Of a stretch of 64,000 nt of DNA, positions 11,606 to 23,900 are shown piece by piece; within the stretch, counting starts at the first letter, position 1, and every line of letters starts with the position of its first letter. The translations under genes and the position numbers were made by a program. The notes beneath the pieces are model-generated. The model saw only the letters and a list, made by a program, of their open reading frames with translations. It was not told the DNA's origin and did not search any database. The stretch is from Selaginella moellendorffii. Lineage: Eukaryota; Plantae; Lycopodiophyta. The stretch spans positions 124,001 through 188,000 of the forward strand of contig NW_003314267.1 of assembly GCF_000143415.4 (NCBI RefSeq), written 5' to 3'.

Positions 11606-13035
11606 GAAAAAAAGAAAGATTTTGTAACTAGTTTCATAAATCAATATGGTCTAAGGGTGGTTAAAGACAAAAGGGGATAGATATGGATTTCCATGAGAGC
11701 TGTTTATGCCCTATTGTTTTCTTTTTTGCCCTTTAGCTCATTTCAAAGGATTTTGGCTACATTAAAATGTAATCGAAATTTTTTAAATAAGTTAAACAAA
11801 ATTTTATATTACTAATAGCTAAAAAATATTTGAAAGTAAAATTTTCTAAATATATTTTTAATAAAGAATATTTTTAAATAATAATAAATAATTTCAAAAT
11901 TAAAATATATTAAGTTACCTACATAATAACTGATATCTAAAATAACTTTTATTACAATTAAAAACAGTGAGATAAATATTAAATACATTTACATAAATAA
12001 TACATGTTATAATTGCAATTGCAACAATTTAAAATAAAAAAAAAACTACAGAAAAAATTTAGTCATAACACAAATGTTATAAATTAATGCCGAATAGAAT
12101 TAGAATATTTAATTAATTATTTTACATGGAAGAATCATCAAAAGTTTAATTTGATATCAAAAAATAAAAATATTAATAAAAATTATAAAATTATCCTTTG
12201 TAAATAAAATCAATTAAATTTACAAAAACTATTCACTAAATATTTTTTATTTTATTTAATTTTATTAATAACTTTTGCTATTTGTTATTAAAAAATACTT
12301 TTATTTTGTTAAGAATTTTGGTTAATGAAATTTATGTATATTGAAATGATTCTATATTTTATCAACTTTAGTTAACATATGAACGACAAAGCTTTAATGA
12401 TTCAATTGATTTGGTACCATGTGGGCTTTAGAAATGGAAAGTAAATTACCCAAAGGTGATCATCAATATAGCCGGCAAGAGTATGGAGAGCTGTCACAAA
12501 ATCAGTGTTTGAGATTATTATAATTATTCTCATAATTTATACAGAAGAGAGTGATATATAGTCATCTAGTGTATCATAATTTAATAGCCTACAAAATAAG
12601 AATCATAAATAGTGTTTGCAATTAACACATTTATAAATTTGATTAAATATTTTAGTTAAATTATTTTACTGGGAAATATAAAAAAAATTATTTACATAAG
12701 ATAGGCAATTGAATGTTATAAAAATATGTTTATATCCCTGATATTAACTTATTTCTTTATTATAATATCCCACATATGTTTAAGTTTTTATCTTGACTAA
12801 TATTTTATTATAAATAAATTTATTGAGATATAGTAAGTGAAAACCTGAAAATTTTAATTTTATGAAAGTTATAGAAGACTTAAATGGATAATTTAAGTTA
12901 TCTTTTATGGATACAATAATCACTTTATTGAATAACAAGTTCAAATATAGATATTTTTATAAACATCCCTTTTAACTATAATAGTATATACATTTATAAT
13001 ATTTTATTTATTTGATTTTGATAGAAAAATATACT

Positions 13036-16000
13036 TGTAAGGTTTGTAAATACATGTATGTATATACATGTATTACCATAGTTAGGTAATACACTAATTA
13101 TAGCACTATAGCATATGGACCATCCATTTGAGATTGAATCTGATCTATCCATTCTTGTATATAAGTAGAATCTAAACCCCAATTAATATACCTATTTTTA
13201 TATCCTGAACACTCACATTGGTGGAAATGAAAGGCACTACAATTTATCTCTAAAGGGCAAAGTTTTTTGGCAGTGCTTTGCTCTAGTGTTGGGATTGTGC
13301 TTTTTTATTTTTATTTCTCCATTCTCTTTTAGATCTAGATCTATATTAACTTTTTGCAAGATCTAGAATTTTAGCTATTATTGTGCTTAGATCTACTCTT
13401 TCTTTTGATATTCATTGCATTCCCTTCTTCCACCATGCCACACTGTTATCGATCAAAGAGTATGTCACTTGAGGTTGCTAATGTTGCTCCATTGGATCAA
13501 ACTTTTAGTGTTGTGGGGTGTGATCATATTGATGTTATACCCATCCTTGATGTGTTGCCATCTCTAGCTTTTGTGGGACGTGATTACACAGTTCGTCCTA
13601 TTCTCGGTGTTCTGCCATCTCCTGTTGATGTGGAATGTGATTGTAATATTGATTGGCGAGCTATAGATGATGCAATCCAATTTTTGGAGAATGTTCGAGG
13701 ATCAAGTTTATGAGAAGGTGACGTGTACGAGCTCGAGTGGATTCCAGAGTGTGATGATAAACTTGATTATTATACAAATAGCTTTGGAGATGAAATGAAA
13801 ATTTCATGGGGTAGATGTCAATATTTCAATTTGCCATATGATCCTTTCTCTTTTGCTCTTTCCTAACCATTTTTTATTTCTTGGCTTGAGCCACCTCATA
13901 TTCTTAGTATTTCTTTCTCATTTACAGTGTTTTCTTTTCCTGGCATGTCAATCATTTGTGACTCTCATGATTCTCATTCTCAATCTAGTGTTGAGTTGAG
14001 TGTTTTCTATCCTCCTCATACTAATCTGGATGTTGAATGTATCCATAAAGTTGAGAATCTTGTTTTTGTTTCATTGGTAGAGTCTTTGATCAATTCTAGT
14101 GTTAGGTATTTTCCTGTTCAAAGGGTTAAGTAATTTTGGCCAGAGTTTTATGTTGAATGTATGTCCCCACTTGTGAGCACCACTAAAAGCTTTTGTTTTA
14201 CTGTTGTTGCTGAGGAGTTTATATATTCCCTTGAGTGTTATTATTGATTTTCCCATCTCAAGTGTTGAGTTGTGTGTTGAGGAGGTTGAGCGGTGTGAAT
14301 CTCTTGTTTATATTGTGATGGCTGAGGTATTTTATGATAGGAAGTCCTTTATTGTCCAAGCTTTAAATACATGTTCTTCTAATTTCCCCATTTTTGCATT
14401 GCTAGTTGCTACAAATTCCTCTTCCAATGCTTCTTTATCTATTTTTTCTTCTTCCACAATTGTTTTTCCTCAATTTTTTTCATTTTCTCCTTTTTGCCCC
14501 AACACTTCAAACTATTTTTTTTCTTCGGAAGAGGGTAGAGGGGATGGATGGGAGTTCAGCCCTAACAACGAAGTGAGGACAAACGAATACAGTAGTGGAG
14601 CGATGATGAACAACATGGATTGTGGAGTGAGGATGAGCATAGTGAGTTTGAATGAAACATTTGAAACTGACGTAGTGAGGCCGAACAGATGCGATAGTGG
14701 AGTGAGATTGGACATAGATGGTTAGTTGGTCATATTGCTCAATAGGTTTTGAAACTTCAGATATATAATTTTGATATGGTTTATCATATAGGGAGTTCTA
14801 TGGCTGATGCTAATGGCCTTTCTCAAGTTCTCCTTCCTTCTTCACTCTCTTCTTATATTTCTTATAAACATGTTATTCCAGTATTTGTAAATTTTTTAGA
14901 TGAGGATTTTATGCTATCGGTTGTTGCTATACTTGATGTTTAGTGTCCACAAGGTGTAGAGCAAGATTTACCTTCTCTTGATGAAGTTTGTAAGGCTCAA
15001 AAGATTGAGTTATGGATTCAAAGGCTTTAAAATGGGTTTAAGAATCCTACATCACTTCTTGATGACTTGCCATTCTGGCATTTACATTCTCAATATTGCT
15101 TTGAAGATGGCTTTTTTTATTTTGTGGGGATAAATCTTGATGATCATTTATGGTTGGTGGTGCCTTCAATCTTTATTCCATAGTTTCTCTATGCCTACCA
15201 TGATTCTCATATTCTAGGCAAGTATATAGGACATCGTCATGTGATCGAGAAGCTACATAAATCTTTTTATTGATCGGAAATGTGATATGATATTATGTGA
15301 TATATGCATAATTGCGTTTGGTGCCAAGCTCATAATACTCCCTCTCGTGTTATGGAAGGATGGTTAGAGTCAATTACAGTTTCTCGTCCATTTGAGTTAG
15401 TGGCATTTGATCTTATAGGACTTTTTCCACGATTGACTATTGGCAATGAGTATATTATTATTGTTTTTGACTACTTGACTCACTGGGTGGAAGTTAGTAC
15501 TTTTGCTAGCACCTCTGCAACTGCTAATAGATATTTCCTCAATCAAATGGTGTTTTAACATTCTTGTCCGGAGCGGATTCTTTTGGATAATGATCCTGCA
15601 TTTATGGTTGAGGCATTTTATGTTTTGATGCCTTGGTTAGAGATATGCCATACTTTCATGAGTGCTTATCATTCACAGTCAAATAGTTTCTTGAAATGGC
15701 TCGTTCAGACATTCAAAGGGATGATCATGAAGTACGTAAACTTTCAACATTCGTATTGGGATGGTTATTTGCCATCTCTTTATTATTCATATATCACAAA
15801 GGTGTAGAGTTCTATTGGTGCATCACCATATAAACTTCTATATAGTTATGATCCAATATTACCAACGGAGTTAAATTTACCTTTGTGATTGCCACGAGTT
15901 ACTGATGCTAAATCGTAGGATTAGTATTTAATGAGCATTCTTTCACTTGTCCGAGCAAAATCTATTGAACACTTAAGCCACATACAAGTGGGATAACAAC

Positions 16001-16521
16001 AATGCTACAACTCCCATCATTGTCCACCTATGAAATATAAAGTGGATGACTTGGTGTTAATTTGTTTTCCTTATATTATAATACATAGTTTATTTAAGGG
16101 AATCCTTGCTCAGTGGAAAAGACTATATTAGGTGTTGTAGCAAGTTGAACCACAAGTTTATAAAGTTTAGCATGATGTCGATCCTTAAAAAATTATGCAT
16201 ATGCAACAATTGAAATGCTTTGTAGAAAAGGATCAAGAACAATTGGTACCACCTACACATCCACCAATGCCTCCTCTTGATGTTACTTCAGATCTCCACC
16301 CATCTACGAAAGAACCTTAATGGTTTTCCATTATTCCGACAAAGGGGATGATGTGAAGTCCAAGTGTACGATTATGATGCTATATACTAATATTAATGTA
16401 GTGGGATTTTAGTAGCTGTCAGATTAGTTTTAATCCGAACCACTCACTCTTATATATAAGCTAGGGTTTTTAGGCTTATCACATTTTCTTGTATTCCCTT
16501 TCCATATTCCATGCACTTATA
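13036..16521 (+). mobile_element. Degenerate chimeric Ty3/Gypsy element: 5' LTR type A (13036-13218), RNaseH tail plus integrase (14727-16250), PPT, 3' LTR type B (16352-16521)
   Basis: TG..CA LTR followed by PBS-like ttggtggaaatg. Peptides GHIAQ*VLKLQIYNFDMVY, CVWCQ, PFELVAFDLIGLFP, DNDPAF and SAYHSQSN. PPT aaaggggatga lies before the second LTR. Confidence 0.8.
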
Positions 16522-19500
16522 TCTCTAATTTAAAATAAACTCTAAATCATTATGATGTCTAACAAAAGTTTAAAAAACAATCTAAAATTTTATTAAAATA
16601 TTTATTTTTAATTATCCTAAATAATTCATCCACTTTAATTAATACACAAGTAATAAAACTTGAAATAAAATAATAAAAATATTTGTATATGAAATTTAAA
16701 AAAATATTATAGAATCTAAAAAAGTGTATAACAGGATATTTTTAAATCTAGATGAGTGAATGTTATAACTTAAACCATCCAAATATTTAAATATTTTATA
16801 AACTTATAAAAAGTAATAATTTTTTGAGTTATGAGTGCTCTGGATATAGAAATAGGTATATTAATTGGGGTTTAGACTGCTTATATACAAGAATGGATGG
16901 ACCAAATTCAATCCCAAATGAACGATCTATATACTATAGTACTATAATTAGTGTATTACCTAGCTATGGTAATACATATATATACATATATGTATTTACA
17001 AACTTTACACCATTCTCCTCTCCAGAAAATGAAAAGGTGATGATAATAAATTAGGTGGAACATCTAGAGCTTCTGCTAGGTGATTATAAACTACCACAAA
17101 AATCTGAAGATCCCACAAAACCACCAACAAAATTGCTAATAACCATGACTGAAATAAAATCCAAAGCCATGGCATAAATATTAGCTAATTATAGAACCTT
17201 AATGAACCAGTTGCAACTCTATATGCAACTCCCAAATACTTAAACCAACCACACAACCATAACTTTGAACTGCACTCCATTTGTCCTTTATATTCTCCTT
17301 ATCCCCTCCTCGAAGGAAAAAAGGTTTTGAAGCACTGGCTCCATTTGGACTTGTTGTGCTCGTCCTCACTCCAGTTCTTCTGCTTCCATAATGAAGTAAC
17401 GACAATATAATCACTGTAAACAACCAAAGAGAATGATTTGAGAGACGATTCATGGGGTTCAAATATAGAGGGAAAGGGCCTATGAATAAAAGTGCACCCT
17501 CTTTTCCAATTAGTTAAGGGTATTGAGATATTTAGGGTTAAACATCCTTGGCTTTGAATAATACTAGGTTGGGTGACCTTTTAGGAAGTCAAAACTTAAG
17601 AGTTTACAATCACTTTTTAGTAATGTCCAAGAACCATATTGATATGTATGAAGTTTCTTGAAACCCCAGGCTGCTGCTAAACACTCCTTTTCTGTCATAG
17701 AGTAGTTCACCTATGCTGGTTGTAATGTATGGCTTACATATGTAATAGGATAGCACTGACCAGTGTCACGAATGTGACTTCGGGTATTGAAAGTTACCTG
17801 TCGGCTAGTTGTTTTGGATATTCTTTCCTTATTGCCACAATGGTAGATATTCTTTCCTTACTGCCATAATGGCATGAAGTTGGTATTGTTGGACCTATTG
17901 CTAGTCTCCACCTAAGCTAGTGAAGCTAGTCTTCGTGTGTGCACTTGACCAAATGAGCATAAGGACAGAATTCCTAAGTGCTATTAGTTAAGCATACTTA
18001 ACCTGGTTAAAGAGACTCATTCATTGACTTGCATTTGCTAGTGTTGGGAACCCCTGCAATTTTGAGATTGGTCCCTCAATATTTGCCAAATGATAGCTTA
18101 TCGTGTCTGCCAAACACCCTCGCTACCATACCCTTTGTGTTAGTCTCATTTTGGTCCTAAATACTAATTATGGAAAGTGTCTAGATTTGCTCATTTGGTA
18201 TATCTATGGAATGTAGAAATTGTTTTGAATACAATGGTGTTCGTCCCATGTCCAAATTCACAATCTAGGGATATTCCATATTTAGTAAGTTTTGAGCTTG
18301 TCCCAGAGACTTACTCCTGGTACTAAGGGTGGCTAAGGGTGAAAGTAGATTGGTAGCAGGTTGCACCTTGGATTTTGTTATACTCTATGAGAGTAAGAAG
18401 CTTTTACTGATCCTGATTTAGTCTTGGTAGCCTTGCGCCTTGGCTGAGGATGATGATGTCTAACTTAGTTGTTTGAGGTTGAGATGTTGGTACCTATACT
18501 ATAGGTTGTTTATAAGGAGGTTGTATACTGATATGAGTCTATCTCATGATTTCACTCTAGTTTCAACTGAGTGTTGATCATGCATAGCTAGCCTCTTCTA
18601 GGCATGCTTAAAGCTATTGGCTAAACACATTAGTGAGCTTATTGTGGTTGAGTTGGATTCGAGTAGTTATTTAGTTTATGCTTGTCTATAAACCTTTATC
18701 TTGTACCTGGGGTATTACATTTATGTTAAATAAGTATATGACTCGATGACATGAGTTTAGTGTTTAGGTTTTGTGAAGGCAAGTTAAAAAGTGATTGTTA
18801 GTTGTTTTGTGACTAGTGGTTGCTTGTAGACTTCATCGAGGACTACTGACACTTGCTTCACTCGATGATGATTTAGTAGTGATAGGCTTGTTTTGCCAGA
18901 TGGTGTTGCGGAGGATCGTGTCATTAGATTTACATGGTTTGTCCATGTCGACTCTACTTCTGTCGATATTATTTAGTTGTGTTTAGTCCGTAGTGTTAAA
19001 TTTCTTGGAGTCTTGGATGTGGTGAATCACTCTTTGATGAAGTGTTATCTGTAATTGAGTATTATTAAATGATTGGTCTCAAATACTGACTAAGGTATCT
19101 TCAACTTTGGTTAGCTTGGTGCTAAAAAGCTTTGAGTGGTGATTCACTCTTACTTTTTAATAGCTTTGTTTTGGTGTTGATGGCATTGAAGTGATGCTTT
19201 GTCGTTGACATTATTGATGTTGGGATTCAAATGAAATGAGATGTCTCTCTATAGGAGTGATATTGAGTTTCATTAGTCTTGATGAAGATAATGTTAATGG
19301 TTTTGTTGTAGCTTTATGTTATTGGCATTTGTATAATTTCTAGTTAACAACTGTATGAGAGTTCAAATGAACTGAGTAGCAACTTGAGTGTAAGCGACTA
19401 AATTTTCCATTCTACTTTAGTCACTTAACCACACCTCTGACCACTTGGAGGAGTCTCATTCACAACCTCCATAAGTCCAATCCAGGACTTGGGACTTGCT

Positions 19501-20384
19501 AGCCCCGAGAATGGCATCCATGCCACTCAACATTTGCACTTGGTCCAAGTGCTCCACGTGTCCGATCCCATGACCGACACTCAAAGGTACCACCGACATA
19601 GCAGCCCATTACGCTAAGGCCATGCCCAATCACCTTTGCCACACTGGTAGTCCAATACCACTTGCATCACAGTCTTGGCTCTCCAAGACTAGGCAAACCA
19701 TCCGTGAGTGGTCATCTCAGATCCACTCCTTAGCATCCTCAGGATGCCCACCGACAAGGGGATAGCCTTCCCCAATATCCCTCTGTCAGTCCCCACTAAG
19801 TCCCTTTCTGCCCCTGGTCGTGTTTGCCAACACTGCCACTGGATTGAGACCCACAGGCCCGACCACTAAGTCCCACAGTCCTCTGGGACTTCCTCACCAC
19901 ACGACTGTGTCCTTGGTCACCACCCCAGAGGACTGCTCCTCTTCCTTTCCACAGTCTGGGCCTTTGGGACAACATTTCGGAACACCGTGGCCTTACGCGA
20001 GCCACCTGGGTACTCTCCTCGCCTTCTACCCTTGGGTGCTCTAGCCATGGGCTTAGAGCGGGTTCCGTTGAGCCACACCAGGTATCCAAGTAGGTAGTGC
20101 CACCCACACTTGGATTGGGAGCATCGGCCAGTCGATCTCCCGGGGGAACTAGAGCCAGCTCTTGAACACTTCACCAAGCTACCCCGCTTGTCGGTCTGTG
20201 TTCACTCTAGTCTTGGACTTCCCAGTGGGCAGCTCATCACCCAACACTAGGTCCGGCCTTCCTGGGCCAAACTGGCCTTTCCTGGCCAAACTGGCTCCAC
20301 TGCAGTCCTCCCCCTACTATACTTTTGGAGCTCACCAAACCCCCCAGGGTCTGGGAGACGAACGCTTTGGGCTTTCACCCTCTC

Positions 20385-20990
20385 AGACTCGAACTCGGAC
20401 TCGGACTCGGACTCGGACTCGGACTCGGACTCGGACTCGGACTCGGACTCGGACTCGGTCTCGGCCTCGGGCTCGGTCTCGGCCTCGGGCTCGGTCTCGA
20501 CCTCGGCCTCGGTCTCGACCTCGGCCTCGGTCTCGGCCTCGGCCTCGGTCTCGTTCTCGGTCCTGATCTCGGTCTCGGTCTCGGTCTCGGTCCCGGTCTC
20601 GGTCTCGACTTCGGACTCCATCTCGGACTCCATCTCGGACTCCATCTCGGACTCCATCTCGGATCCATCTCGAACTCCATCTCGGGTCCATCTCGGACTC
20701 CATTTCGGGTCCATCTCGGACTCCATCTCGGACTCCATTTCGGGTCCATCTCGGGTCCACCTCGGACTCCATCTCGGACTCCATTTCGGGTCCATCTCGG
20801 GTCCACCTCGGACTCCATCTCGGACTCCATTTCTGGTCCATCTCGGGTCCACCTCGGACTCCATCTCGGGTCCATCTCGGACTCCACTTCGGACTCCAAC
20901 TCAGGTCCATCTCAGACTCCACTTCGGACTCCAACTCGGGTCCATCTCGGACTCCACTTCGGACTCCAACTCGAGTCCATCTCGGACACT
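20385..20990. repeat. (GGACTC)n hexamer grading into 12/24-bp CTCGGACTCCAT / CTCGGGTCCAT minisatellite inside the W-family LTR
   Basis: Directly visible tandem array, with homologous arrays at 26323-26862, 28032-28575, 38310-38570 and 63807-64000. Confidence 0.97.
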
Positions 20991-23900
20991 TCCACGTGTC
21001 ATGTGTTGGTCCTTTTGGGTCCCTTTTTGGAGCCTCGCTTTTTGCTCGCTTCGTGCTCGTTCCTTGAGCACTTCTTTGGGAGTTCCACTCCCGCTCTTGA
21101 CTTTTCAAGTCGGAGCTTTTGGTCCAAACGTGTTATGCTCGTTTGGCTCTCGCTTCAGCCACTACCACGTGGCACCCTTTTCGGCTCCACTTTGGGGCCT
21201 AGTGATTTTGTGTCTCACAACTCCACCACCCATAGACGAAGTTCGATGTCCTCATCGAACGGTAAACCATTTTGTAAAGTAACACTCGCATGTGTTACCA
21301 TTTCCATCCTTGGCACCTAGCCAATATTTGTCAATGGTTTGACATTGAAGGCTCACCATGCCTTTTGCATATGCCTCAATGGTTTGACACCAAAGGCTCA
21401 CCATGCCTTGCCTATCCTCTAAGGAGGGTAGTCTCTCCAACTTAGAGATTGATTAGACCACATGTAGTGGTTCTCTCCTTTTATTGGTTTAGTTCTTGCT
21501 AAACCTCTTAGAGACCCTTCTCTAAGTCCTTCCCACTACTCCTTCTTGAGTAATCTCAATTTCCATCTATTGAATGTTTGCACCTTGGAACTTTTACTCT
21601 TTTGACTTTTAGAAGTCAATTTCTTAGGTGTCTCCAACACCTTGCATTGCACAGATTGTGCAACTCCACTTCCCTATCCTAGGAAGTTCATTACTTGAGG
21701 GCACCATCATCCTTTCTTCTATTTCGTGCCACCTTGGGCACTAAATTCCATTTATCACACTTTGTGCTAGGGTTGTCCATCGCCCTATCATTTGGCTACC
21801 TTACCACTCCCTCCCTTGGAGCTTCCACTTTTGCCAAATCGGAGCAATTCGGAATCCATCCTTGGAAACACACTTCCTTTCCCGCAATTTGTTAGTGTCC
21901 AACACATCAGTATTCCTCGCCTAACTTTGTCACTTGGATTCCTTCCCAGGGATTCCACGGCCCTATCTTGGCCACTCATCTTTTGCTCCTATCCATTGAT
22001 TGTTGCACCAAGCAACATCGAATCTCTACCTCCCTCCTCGAGGTATTTTTTTGATTCCATAGCAAAGGCTCTGCTTTGCCAAGACTAGGGTGTTCACCCC
22101 TAGTAAGTCTCTTTTAGCATCTTCTGCTGTGGGCTCTATCCTCGGCCCAACTTTGTGACCCTCTCATGGGTCTCTTTAGAGACTACTTTCCTTGGACACA
22201 CTATGCCATCGCAATGACATAGCTCATTTCCCTAAGGTGCTTTTCCCACTTGGTCACCTTGACCAAGCCACACCATCATCAATAGTTCAAATCAACACTT
22301 TGAACTAGGAACCTTATTCCTTAACCCAAACAAGGACCTTGTCCTTATTTAGCCACAAGATCACCTAGTGATCTCATCTCGGCACCTTAACAGGTTTGCC
22401 AATAGGTACTAGGTCTTCCAGACCTTTAACTTGTTAACTACGACCCCGAGGGCATCCCCCACACTTGGCGGTGCACCCAAGCTAGCCCTTCCGGCCAAGG
22501 GTCCATAGCAACTGAGATTAGGTGTCCCCATCTCACTCACCACGTCCTTGGTGCCACTTGCACCAAAGCGTTCAAGTTAGATATGCCGAGCTTTCACACT
22601 AAGCAATCTAACCGTGCATCACGACTCCGAGGCATCCCTCGCTTGGCGGTGTGCCCAAACCAGTCTCCTCACTGAGAGTCCATGACCACCGAAATATGAG
22701 TGTCCTCATATTCCAAACCATCACCACGCCCTAGTGATTTGGGACTCGAACCCAAGCACTAGAGGGTCGGGACTCGAACCCAACCTCCATATATGCATCT
22801 ACGGACGGCATCACCGAAGATGCCTGGCGTGACTCCCCACGCCGGTGCACCAACTTATTTTTAAAGCGCGCTACAGATCACAGTTTAGGAACCTAGTTCC
22901 TCCACACTGCCAAGTCCTCTCACTTGACATGTCTGTGATCATGCATGGACTCCTCCATGCTCGGCCCCATGGCCCACCCTTTTTGAAGTTATCACCTTCA
23001 ACTAGGGTCTTTGTTCCCCCGACGTGCCAATCTCACTTGGCAAGTCCTCCAACCATTGTAACATGGTTCCTGCATAAGCGTGAAAGTCCTTGATCATCGA
23101 CTTTCGTTCAAAGCCCTCTCTTTGAACACTCGGGAATTACTTCCCTAACCTTGATAGCCTTGCCTCATGGCAAGCTTCAAGACCACGCTTCTGCTGCGCC
23201 ACTCTGATTTCGCGCGTTCCTTGAACCATTTACACTTGGCCTTTCTAGGTACTAAACTACCTAGAATCATCTTTGGGAACTTTGAAGGAACTCTGTCCTT
23301 TAGCTTGCTAAGGCCTCCCTTTTTGCAAGCTTGCCAATTACCATATAGTCTAACATGGACAGTTCCATATTTTAGACTCTCCATGGCATCACGGTTGCTA
23401 GCGGCAACACCCTCGAGCCCCCACTTGATTCTCCACTCTCAGCTGGCATAACCAACCTTAGTTATGCCCTTCGATTCCTATGGTTCGATTCTATCCCCTT
23501 ACTTCTTGCTTTTGGCTTCACACCTTTCCTTTGGTCATTCTCCTCCAGACCAGGAGGATAGCTTTGCACTTTCTATCATGCTTTAGCAAGTATTTTTAGG
23601 GATGAACCTACTCAATAGCCTAGGGAGCGGTTCCTCAATCCGGGTATACTCACCTTATAATCCCACACACTGGGATTACATTGTTGCTTATGGGCCTTTA
23701 CATGCCCATCACTAGCCTTGCAAAAATTCCATTTTTGGCTTTGTCCAACTCGGGTAGACAGTCCTCTCCTGTCTCCGCAACCTTGGACATTTGGATAGCA
23801 CCTTCTATCCATCATTCGCTAGGGACTTAGTCCCTTAGGCTTTATCCATTGCCCTCGCGACATCAAACACCACCTTCTGGTGTTCTAGAGTGTCCGGGTG

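Noticed and set aside
13036-17009. ~180-bp inverted repeats read as TIRs of a DNA transposon
   Set aside because: They have TG..CA ends with an adjacent PBS-like site or PPT, so they are LTRs. The inverted arrangement is explained by the inversion.
20620-20990. Regularly spaced repeats as a possible CRISPR array
   Set aside because: No unique spacers, no cas genes, eukaryotic context; it is a tandem minisatellite.
20162-21320. Long ORFs of GL, SD, RT, ES, PS and RV dipeptide repeats (also 26049-27112, 27927-28676, 38306-38602, 63521-63989)
   Set aside because: By-products of a stop-poor hexamer array inside LTRs; open in most frames on both strands.
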